Shown in pieces: positions 1 to 8,154 of a stretch of 64,000 nt of DNA (position 1 is the stretch's first letter; each line of letters opens with the position of its first letter). Origin of the DNA: an uncultured Mycoplasmatota bacterium (GTDB taxonomy: Bacteria > Bacillota_I > Bacilli_A > RF39 > UBA660); the NCBI GenBank assembly GCA_900547465.1, contig URHJ01000004.1, positions 253-64,252 of the forward strand. Reading direction: 5' to 3'. The position numbers and the translations under genes were made by a program. Below the pieces are notes generated by a model. That model had not been told where the DNA came from and searched no databases. It worked only from the letters and a program-made list of their open reading frames with translations.

Positions 1-73
1 CTTTAAGAATGAAATAGAAAAAGAAAAGTAACTTCCTTCTACATCTATTATTGTAAAAAGAAATTACTTTTCC

Positions 74-1642
74 CTAATTTTTTCCATATCTTTTATTAAA
101 TTTTTCTATTGCAGAAAGTCTCTTAGTTTTATTTTTACCACTGCTATATTCATCCAAATCTTCACTTTCCATACAAAAACCTTTATCTGATTCATAATAA
201 ACCGGAAACATTGAAAGTATTTGTTTACTATTTGGTAAAGTAATGACTTCTAGTTCATTTATCATCTTATTATGAACAGGTGAATATCCAATTCTTGGAT
301 ATGGTATTATATAAAGATCCATATCATAAGAACCATATTTATATTTCTGATCTAATTTAGCACCAATATTATAAAAAAGTTCTCTTACATCGATTGTCTC
401 AGAAAAACTACTATTACAACTATTATCTACATGTTTATCAAATATATGATTAATTGCTAATTCATCATCATAATTAAGTATTTGTTTTTCTGTATATGTG
501 TAATTATCTCTATGAAAAGGTATCCCCTCTTTTACCATGGAGTAAACTTTTATTCTATTTAAAGCATTTATCTCTCTAATATCCATAAAATCTTTATTAA
601 TCTTATCTACTAACTTTATACTTTTATCATAATATCCCAATTTAAATTCTATTAACGCCAAATAATAATATACCACATTTTTAATTTTTTCATCTTGTGT
701 AATATCTATTTTAGACAAATATTCATATGCTTTTTCATAATCAAATTTTTGAATATATAAAGCTCCCAGTTTTAAATCAGCATAAGGTATTATCGATGAA
801 TCATCTATTTTTGAATAATAACTATATGCCGTTTTTTCATCTTTTTGACTCATGTATATATCACCCATGGTAATATAAGCTCTTTGTTTTGTTCCATTAC
901 TTAACTTTATAATATCTTTGCAAATAGTTAAAGCTTCATATCCTCTATTTAATCTTGTTAAAATATTAGCCTTAGTCAAAAGTAATTGTAGATGTAATTT
1001 ATTTTTTCGATTATCCAAATTTAATGCTGAATCAATATAATCATTTGCTTTATCGTAATTCGAATTAGTCATTTCTATCCTAGCTAAACAATAATACTTC
1101 TGTTTTTTATACTCATTAAAACTGGGATTAGCATGTCTAAGTTCTTTTTTTGCTGAATCTATATTACCAATATCTATATATACTCGAGCTTTATTAATTC
1201 TTATTAAATCGTTATATCTTTTGTTTATCTCTTCATCCTTAAAATTAAGAACCTCAAGAGCTTTATATGGTTCATTATTACTTACATAAATTCTGTGTAA
1301 AAGAAGATTTCCTGAAAATTCAAAATCATTTTCTATAGCCATATTAGCATACTTTTTTGCTTCATCATAGTTTTTATTAATCATTTCTATTTTTGCTAAA
1401 CCAACATACGCATTTCCTATTGCTTTTTTTGATTTAGCATCAATCAATACTTCTTGATATATATCATTTGCCTCTTCATACTTTCCACTAACTCTTAATA
1501 TATCAGCATACAAAGACTTAGCATAACTATCATTTGGATAATCAATTAAATATAATTTAATTTCATCTTCTACTATCTCAATCTTAGATGATCTAAACAT
1601 CTCTTTTATCTGTTGTAATTTTGCATTATTACTATATGCCAT
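74..1642 (-). CDS. TPR-repeat protein
   Basis: 522-aa ORF made of repeated ~34-residue helical-pair units with the A/Y/L spacing typical of tetratricopeptide repeats (e.g. YAKSLYADILRVSGKYEEANDIYQEVL, NAYVGLAKIEMINKNYDEAKKYANMAI). No catalytic motif seen. Confidence 0.65.
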   Translation of the reverse strand: MAYSNNAKLQQIKEMFRSSKIEIVEDEIKLYLIDYPNDSYAKSLYADILRVSGKYEEANDIYQEVLIDAKSKKAIGNAYVGLAKIEMINKNYDEAKKYANMAIENDFEFSGNLLLHRIYVSNNEPYKALEVLNFKDEEINKRYNDLIRINKARVYIDIGNIDSAKKELRHANPSFNEYKKQKYYCLARIEMTNSNYDKANDYIDSALNLDNRKNKLHLQLLLTKANILTRLNRGYEALTICKDIIKLSNGTKQRAYITMGDIYMSQKDEKTAYSYYSKIDDSSIIPYADLKLGALYIQKFDYEKAYEYLSKIDITQDEKIKNVVYYYLALIEFKLGYYDKSIKLVDKINKDFMDIREINALNRIKVYSMVKEGIPFHRDNYTYTEKQILNYDDELAINHIFDKHVDNSCNSSFSETIDVRELFYNIGAKLDQKYKYGSYDMDLYIIPYPRIGYSPVHNKMINELEVITLPNSKQILSMFPVYYESDKGFCMESEDLDEYSSGKNKTKRLSAIEKFNKRYGKN

Positions 1643-1670
1643 ATACTATCTCCTTTAAATGTCCTGTAAA

Positions 1671-1695
1671 TAAAAGACTTCTACGAAGCCTTTTA
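1671..1695 (-). terminator. rho-independent terminator after thrS
   Basis: Minus-strand hairpin AAGGCTTC-gta-GAAGTCTT followed by TTTATTT, located between the thrS stop (1703) and the TPR gene start (1642). Confidence 0.6.
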
Positions 1696-1702
1696 TTAAT
1701 TA

Positions 1703-3457
1703 TTATTTTTTATTATCTATAACATCTTTCATTAAATTTAAGAATTCAATTTTTGAAACAGTTGTTGTTTCTTTTTGTCCATGTAGTCTATAACTAACAG
1801 TATCGTTTTCCTTTTCTTGATCACCAATAATTAAAGTATATGGAATTTTAGCAGTTTGAGCTTCTCTTAACCTATATCCTAGTTTCTCATTTCTAAGATC
1901 ACTTTCTACTCTTATACCATTTTCTTTCAAATATAGTTCTATATTCTTTGCATACTCTCCTTGATGTTCACTAGATACAGGAATAACTTTAACTTGAACA
2001 GGAGCAAGCCATGTAGGTAAATCACCTTTAGTCTCTTCTAATAAGAATGCTACAAATCTATCAAGAGAACCTAAAATAGCTCTATGAATAACAACAGGTC
2101 TTTCCTTTTTACCACCTTCATCTACATATTCAAGTTCAAATCTCTCAGGTAATAAGAAATCTAATTGACAAGTAGATAATGTTACATCATGACCAATTGC
2201 ACTCTTTACTTGAACATCTAATTTTGGTCCATAAAAAGCCGCTTCACCTTCTGCTTCATAGTAAGGAATATTTAATTCAGTTAACACTTTTCTAAGTTCA
2301 TTTTCTGCCATATCCCACATTTCATCATTATCAAAATACTTTTCTTTATCATTTTTATCTCTTAATGATAGTCTAAATTCGTAATCGTTAAAACCAAAAT
2401 CTTTATATACATCAAGTATTAGTTTTACAACACCAGCAAATTCATCTTTGATTTGACTAGGAGTACAAAATATATGAGAATCATTTTGAGTAAAAGCACG
2501 AGTTCTTTCTATTCCACATAGTGATCCACTTGATTCATATCTAAAATCATTAGCTACTTCTGCAATTCTTATAGGTAAATCTCTATATGAATGTAGTGAA
2601 TTTTTAAACATCATCATATGATGAGGACAATTCATTGGTCTTAAAACATATGCTTCATCATCTAATTCCATTGATGGGAACATGTCTTCTTGATAATGAT
2701 CCCAGTGTCCACTAGTTTTATATAATTCAACATTTCCAAGTGATGGAGTCATAACATGTTTATATCCTAATTCTAATTCTTTATTTGTAATATAATCAAC
2801 TAAAGTCTTTCTTAAAATAAAGCCATTTGGTAACCACATTGGTAATCCTTTACCAACTAACTCTGAGAACATAAATATACCTAAATCTTTCCCTAATTTT
2901 CTATGATCTCTCAACTTACATTCTTCTAAGAATTCCAAATGTTCATTTAACTCCTCTTCTGTTGGAAAGCAAATACCATAAATTCTTTGAAGCATCTTAT
3001 TTTTAGCGTCACCTTTCCAATATGCTCCTGAAACCTTTAATAATTTAAAATATTTCAATTCTTTTACAGTATCAACGTGAGGTCCACGACATAAATCTGT
3101 AAAATCTCCTTGTGTATAACAACTAATAACAGTACTATCTTCATCCATTCTATTTATTAAATCAACTTTATATGGATCATTACCAAATTTTTCTAAAGCT
3201 TCTTTTTTTGAAAGTTCTTCTCTAACTATTCTCTTTCCATCTTTAGATATTTTTTTCATTTCTTTTTCTATTTTAGGTAAATCTTCTTCTGTTATTACTT
3301 TATCACCTAAATCTATATCATAATAAAATCCTTCTGAAATAACTGGTCCAACCCAAAACTTAGCCTCTGGATATAAATGTTTTACTGCTTGAGCAAGTAA
3401 ATGTGCACATGAATGATTCATTACACTTAATTTTTCATTTTCTTTTATATTTATCAT
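1703..3457 (-). CDS. thrS: threonyl-tRNA synthetase, short form lacking the N-terminal TGS domain
   Basis: 584 aa. It starts directly at the editing-domain motif HSCAHLLAQAVKHLYPEAKFWVGPVISEGFYYD. Class II core motifs are present (RPMNCPHHMMMF, GLPMWLPNG), with an anticodon-binding C-terminus. RBS AAAGGAG lies upstream. Confidence 0.95.
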   Translation of the reverse strand: MINIKENEKLSVMNHSCAHLLAQAVKHLYPEAKFWVGPVISEGFYYDIDLGDKVITEEDLPKIEKEMKKISKDGKRIVREELSKKEALEKFGNDPYKVDLINRMDEDSTVISCYTQGDFTDLCRGPHVDTVKELKYFKLLKVSGAYWKGDAKNKMLQRIYGICFPTEEELNEHLEFLEECKLRDHRKLGKDLGIFMFSELVGKGLPMWLPNGFILRKTLVDYITNKELELGYKHVMTPSLGNVELYKTSGHWDHYQEDMFPSMELDDEAYVLRPMNCPHHMMMFKNSLHSYRDLPIRIAEVANDFRYESSGSLCGIERTRAFTQNDSHIFCTPSQIKDEFAGVVKLILDVYKDFGFNDYEFRLSLRDKNDKEKYFDNDEMWDMAENELRKVLTELNIPYYEAEGEAAFYGPKLDVQVKSAIGHDVTLSTCQLDFLLPERFELEYVDEGGKKERPVVIHRAILGSLDRFVAFLLEETKGDLPTWLAPVQVKVIPVSSEHQGEYAKNIELYLKENGIRVESDLRNEKLGYRLREAQTAKIPYTLIIGDQEKENDTVSYRLHGQKETTTVSKIEFLNLMKDVIDNKK

Positions 3458-3471
3458 AATACATATCTCCT

Positions 3472-3963
3472 TTATTTTCTTTTTTTACTCTTATGAAATG
3501 ATTTTTGGAACATAGCCGTTCTTGATATATGCTGCATAACCTTATAATCTTCATACTCTTCCCCAACTAAGTGTTCTATTTCCTTAACTATGGAAAAAGC
3601 ATCATATTCTAAACCTTGCTCCATCAATATTTTTTCTCTTCTTTTTTTCATTTCTTTCTCAGACATTTCTAATTCTTCTAACAATTGCATACCAGACTTA
3701 TAATCTGGATTTTTATAAGCAATAATTTGAGATTTCTTTTTCTTAGCCGACTCCGCTCTCACTAATAAATACTTGCCTGTTGCGATATCCTCAAAATTAA
3801 CATGATCAATGCCAACTCTCTTTGGAAGCTTCTTTTTCTTTTCAACTAAAATCATTTTCATTCCTTTATGAGTTAGATGTTTATCTAGTGTATAGTCAAC
3901 ACCCAAATATCTGGTTAAAAACTCTCTTGTTGTAATTGTTAATGAAGTACTAAAATTTTTCAT
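3472..3963 (-). CDS. hypothetical basic protein, first cistron of the T-box/thrS transcript
   Basis: The track ORF starts at GTG 3996 inside the terminator hairpin. ATG 3963 is preceded by GGGGAGGGAAAG (a strong RBS), so 163 aa is more likely. The protein is Lys/Glu-rich with no motif I recognise. It stops 14 nt before the thrS ATG. Confidence 0.5.
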   Translation of the reverse strand: MKNFSTSLTITTREFLTRYLGVDYTLDKHLTHKGMKMILVEKKKKLPKRVGIDHVNFEDIATGKYLLVRAESAKKKKSQIIAYKNPDYKSGMQLLEELEMSEKEMKKRREKILMEQGLEYDAFSIVKEIEHLVGEEYEDYKVMQHISRTAMFQKSFHKSKKRK

Positions 3964-3983
3964 TTTTACTTTCCCTCCCCTAC

Positions 3984-4190
3984 AAAAAAAGCACACCTAT
4001 ATTATTATAGGAGTGCTTAACACGGTACCATCCATTATTTTTCTTAATTATTATAACGGTCTCCCGGAACTACTTTTGATAGTTCTGCTAAAAAGGTAGT
4101 AACTTAATAAGGCATTATCTATTTACACCAACCATAGACTCTCTTTATTTGTTTCTTAATAAATCATGTCCTTTATCTCTGCATTTACAG
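3984..4190 (-). promoter_or_regulatory. T-box riboswitch leader (threonine-type) with terminator/antiterminator
   Basis: The minus strand carries the T-box core AAUGGAUGGUACCGUG (4021-4036). It is immediately followed and overlapped by the terminator AAGCACUCCUAU...AUAGGUGUGCUUUUUUU (3984-4018). Upstream are AGAGA-type and GGUUGGUG stem I elements, and GUU-ACU-A-CC provides ACU/ACC Thr codons as specifier candidates. The promoter is TTGCAA (4217-4222), a 16-nt spacer, then TGcTATGAT (-10 at 4195-4200). Confidence 0.8.
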
Positions 4191-4241
4191 ATATATCATA
4201 GCACACTTTCTAAATTTTGCAAAGAAAAAATAGCATAAATG

Positions 4242-4853
4242 CTATTCTTTAATTTGACTTGCTTCTATTCTAAGTTTACCAGCAAAAACTTTTCCTACTA
4301 CTGTACCATCTGAACTAGTAACTTGAATATCTGAATTTGTTGCATCATCTTTTATCCATAACCTTAATGTATAATCTAAATTATATTCTTCACCTGGTTG
4401 AATAGTTCCAGTATCTAGAACTCTTTCTGAAGCTTCACCACTTTTTAATGTAGAAACTAAAGCCGTTTTTGTATCTGCACCTGTTTTTGTTAAACTATAT
4501 TTTACAATGCTATCATCCATTAGTGTATCACCTTCACTAATAGTTCCATTATCTAAATAGATAGTATATTCACTTGCTACATTACCTGTGTTTTTCAAAG
4601 TAAATGTATATGGTGTTGTTGCTAAACCATCAGTATCAGACATTGGTAAGGAATCAGCTACATTTATAGCATCACCCTCATTTAATTCCAATGCTAAAGT
4701 ACCAGCTTCAATCCTTACTTTCTTAGTACCATTTAAAGTTAAAGTTAACCATGCATAAGTTCCACCTAAAAGTAATACCAAAGCAAGCGCTATTGCAACT
4801 ATTTGTTTTTTATTTTTTTCTACAAAATTTTTGTTTTTCTTTTCCATATCCAT
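4242..4853 (-). CDS. TasA/camelysin-like secreted protein with SipW-type signal peptide (paralogue 1)
   Basis: N-terminal TM segment followed by GGTYAWLTL...EAGTLALEL. This mirrors TasA GGGTWAAF...ASGTLDL and CalY GGGTFAFF...AAGTLDL. Beta-rich remainder. Paralogous to 19018-19584. Confidence 0.7.
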   Translation of the reverse strand: MDMEKKNKNFVEKNKKQIVAIALALVLLLGGTYAWLTLTLNGTKKVRIEAGTLALELNEGDAINVADSLPMSDTDGLATTPYTFTLKNTGNVASEYTIYLDNGTISEGDTLMDDSIVKYSLTKTGADTKTALVSTLKSGEASERVLDTGTIQPGEEYNLDYTLRLWIKDDATNSDIQVTSSDGTVVGKVFAGKLRIEASQIKE

Positions 4854-4951
4854 ACAAACTCTCCTTTATTCTATACACTAATCATATCCTATTTTTTAGA
4901 AAGTTTCAATATTTTTTTATTACTTTAAAAAATAATTTCTAATTTTTTACA

Positions 4952-6907
4952 TTATCTTGTTTTTATTTTTTGTTTTTCTCTACAATACTGACCAATAAAA
5001 TAATCTATATCATTATTCTTAGCATTAATAATATCCCTGTTTTCCTTAATATTCTCTTCTAAAAGATATAAATCTTTGTCACTAGGTCTCTTAAAATAAC
5101 AAACGTCAAGTGCGTGTTCAACTACAATATCAGCACTTCTTCTTAATGGTGAAGTACCATGACAATAATGTTTTAAACCTAGTCCTTCATGACTACCTTC
5201 TAAATCATAATAAGCACTCGGATACATACTAGTTAAAGCATTATATAAATTATCAAACTTTTCCCTATCTTTAGCAGGAGATAATTTTTTAATTGCACTT
5301 TCTAATTCGCTTATATTTTCAGCATTCATCTCATGCACTCTATATAGAAATGGATATCCTTCACTAGAATGTGCAAAGTAATCAGCAATTTTACTATTAG
5401 TAAGCTTCATCATTTGGCCAACTATTCTCTCAGCCCTACTATTAGTACTTACTTTAGCATCTGATGGATCAATCTTTTTATTTTTTATATCTAGATAAAT
5501 TGATTTTGCTTGATCTTTTTCCTCTAACTTATAAGTAAGTTCATCAAGTAATCTAACTGTATTTTCTAATTGAGGATTAGTTGTTCCTTTTTTTATAACA
5601 TCATTTATTTCTTGATAACTACATTTTTTGCTATTAGAAATAACTGTTTTTCTAAAATCACTATCTACTACATCACCATGATTATCAATTTCAAAAAAAT
5701 ATGAGTTGGTAAGTCGTGGCTTTCCTTGAACTAATGATGCGCTACTTGCCGAAAATTGATAAGGAAAAATCGGTATTAATCCATCACATTCTAATCCTTC
5801 TATATGACAACAACGACCTGGTAAATAAATACTACTACTTCTTGATATTGCTTCAACAACAGAAGGAGACTTATATGATAAATATCCTAACACACTAGCA
5901 ATATGGACACCCAATAAGTAATTACCATTTTCTAATTTTTTAATTGATAATGCATCATCAATTTCTTTAGCATTCAAACCATCTATAGTAATAATATAAT
6001 CATCTACAATCACTCTACCAGATGATACCTTTTTAGGTTTTCTCATCAATTGATCTATTTCGTTTTTTACTTTTCTAGGAAAAGCTGTACTAATATGATA
6101 ATTTTCTAATAATTGATCTATTCCAATTTTTTCTACATCTTCACTCTGTAAAAAGTTTTTCAAATCAGCAAGTAGTTCTTTTTTCTCTGAATAGTTATCA
6201 TCTTGATAATATAACTTTGATATACTTTGTTTTAGTTTTGAATTACAATAACTCTTATCTTTTGAATCAAGTTCAAATTGTACATGACTTTTTATTAAAG
6301 ATAATACATTACTATAATACATAATCTTTTCTCTATTAAATTCATCACTATTAATTTCAGTTAAATATTCTTTAAAAATAGTAGAAAATATAGTACGTTC
6401 TTTTTTATCTTTAGCATTAACTATATTTGGAAACCTCTTTAAAGTTTCTTCTAAATAATCTAAACTTTTAATATCACAAGTAATAAACTTCAAAAAACCA
6501 AAATACTTAGATTCTCTTTTTAAATTTACTTCTTCAAGTTTATCAATTGCTAATATAACTTTCTTAAATTCTTTTAATGTTTCAATCGGATTTTGAAATT
6601 TTTCTATGTTTTCAGTTTGTATTCTTACAATCTTTTCATAGAGTTTTTTTGTTTTTTTCTTTATCATTTTATGATTAACCGAAGAGTATTCTTCTATTAT
6701 ATCTGAAATCACTCCAACACCAGTTTGTAAATAATCCAAGTTAGTACCTTCATGAAAATTATCTATTTTTGCATTTAAAAATAGAAAAAGTCGATTAATG
6801 ATTTCGTCTCCTTCATCTATATTTAGTGCCTTAACAAGATCACTTATTTGGAATTTATCCCTTTTAAATAATTCCTCTAAACTAATCATATAATCAACTT
6901 TTTCCAT
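4952..6907 (-). CDS. RNB-domain 3'-5' exoribonuclease (RNase II/R family, atypical architecture)
   Basis: RNB signatures IDGLNAKEIDDALSI and HEGLGLKHYCHGTSPLRRSADIVVEH. About 300 aa of unrecognised helical N-terminus. No obvious cold-shock or S1 domains. Confidence 0.8.
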   Translation of the reverse strand: MEKVDYMISLEELFKRDKFQISDLVKALNIDEGDEIINRLFLFLNAKIDNFHEGTNLDYLQTGVGVISDIIEEYSSVNHKMIKKKTKKLYEKIVRIQTENIEKFQNPIETLKEFKKVILAIDKLEEVNLKRESKYFGFLKFITCDIKSLDYLEETLKRFPNIVNAKDKKERTIFSTIFKEYLTEINSDEFNREKIMYYSNVLSLIKSHVQFELDSKDKSYCNSKLKQSISKLYYQDDNYSEKKELLADLKNFLQSEDVEKIGIDQLLENYHISTAFPRKVKNEIDQLMRKPKKVSSGRVIVDDYIITIDGLNAKEIDDALSIKKLENGNYLLGVHIASVLGYLSYKSPSVVEAISRSSSIYLPGRCCHIEGLECDGLIPIFPYQFSASSASLVQGKPRLTNSYFFEIDNHGDVVDSDFRKTVISNSKKCSYQEINDVIKKGTTNPQLENTVRLLDELTYKLEEKDQAKSIYLDIKNKKIDPSDAKVSTNSRAERIVGQMMKLTNSKIADYFAHSSEGYPFLYRVHEMNAENISELESAIKKLSPAKDREKFDNLYNALTSMYPSAYYDLEGSHEGLGLKHYCHGTSPLRRSADIVVEHALDVCYFKRPSDKDLYLLEENIKENRDIINAKNNDIDYFIGQYCREKQKIKTR

Positions 6908-6911
6908 ACTA

Positions 6912-7832
6912 TCAATCCCTTCTATTTTTACTCACTAATTCCATTGGCATCGAAAGTTGCTTAACCCTTTCTAAAATTCTTCGAGCTTTAACTTTATCAA
7001 CACCACTAGACGTTATTGAAAGATGATTTTCTAACTCATCTAACGTTAGGTTTGATGTAAAAAACGTAGGGAGATGTTCTTCCATTCTAAATTGTAAAAT
7101 TGGAGATAATATTTCATCTCTTGAATAATTTGTAACGGCTTCTGCCCCTATATCATCTATAAGAAGAAGTTCAGCTTTTTTAACACTATTAAACTTCTCA
7201 TCATAATCAGTTTTAAATGATGCCTTTATATCACGCAAAAATTCTGGATAATAAACAACAACACACTTAACACCTTTTTTAGAAAGTTCATTCAATAAAG
7301 CCGCAACTAAATATGTTTTTCCTGATCCAAATGAACCAGTTAAATATAAACCTTTAGTTTTTTTACCACTATTATAATCCTTCATAAATTTCATCATATA
7401 TTTTAAAATTGGAGTTCTTGTCGTATCATCTTTATACAAATCTTTAAAAGATGCATTAACAATATCTTTAGACATCTCATAATACTTAATGTTTTTTAAA
7501 TAACTTTGAGCATCTTCTAAATCTCTCTTTTTCTTACACATTACATAAGAAAACTGCAAAGTGTTATCTACAACTTCTGGTTTATAACAGAATCCTTCCA
7601 CTTTATTTTTACAAGTTAAAATATTTTTACAATTCTTGCAGTTAATATACTCACACATAGCCTCTTCTAGTGTAGATGTATATTTCATTAATACTTCATC
7701 AGAAGCATCAATCGTAGATATAAATGATGAAAAATCTTCATTACTACAAGCATCCATATAAGAACGTTTTAAAGTAGTCAAGTTATTGTTATTAAGAAAC
7801 TCATTAATTTTTTCCATCTTGACCACCACCAT
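6912..7832 (-). CDS. dnaI: primosomal helicase loader DnaI
   Basis: Cys-rich N-terminal zinc module (CEYINCKNCKNILTCKNK). AAA+ Walker A GSFGSGKTY and Walker B LLLIDDIGAE. The likely true start is ATG 7817 (MEKINEF), preceded by GGTGGTGG. Confidence 0.9.
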   Translation of the reverse strand: MVVVKMEKINEFLNNNNLTTLKRSYMDACSNEDFSSFISTIDASDEVLMKYTSTLEEAMCEYINCKNCKNILTCKNKVEGFCYKPEVVDNTLQFSYVMCKKKRDLEDAQSYLKNIKYYEMSKDIVNASFKDLYKDDTTRTPILKYMMKFMKDYNSGKKTKGLYLTGSFGSGKTYLVAALLNELSKKGVKCVVVYYPEFLRDIKASFKTDYDEKFNSVKKAELLLIDDIGAEAVTNYSRDEILSPILQFRMEEHLPTFFTSNLTLDELENHLSITSSGVDKVKARRILERVKQLSMPMELVSKNRRD

Positions 7833-7895
7833 AAGACAATTGTATATAATTTTAACAAAAATTGCAATGCTTTGTTACCCTAACTTATAATTTTT

Positions 7896-8111
7896 TTAAG
7901 TTTCTTTTGCCCAATCTTCATCTGGATCAAAATTATTTTTCAATTCCCATTTAATATGATTACTTCTAGCATTTTTTACAGCTTCACAACCATTATTACT
8001 AGTAGCACTAGCTCCATCAGTAACTACAAAAAAAGGTAGATCATATTTCCTCGCAAGTTGTTTTACCTGCATACAAAATTCCCTTGCTTTAGTTATTTTT
8101 TCTCTATCCAT
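7896..8111 (-). CDS. hypothetical small protein (71 aa)
   Basis: Intact ORF in a coding-like context between comEC and dnaI. No recognisable motif. Confidence 0.4.
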   Translation of the reverse strand: MDREKITKAREFCMQVKQLARKYDLPFFVVTDGASATSNNGCEAVKNARSNHIKWELKNNFDPDEDWAKET

Positions 8112-8154
8112 AAAATATCACATCCTAAACTAATTATATCATACTAGTTTGTAT

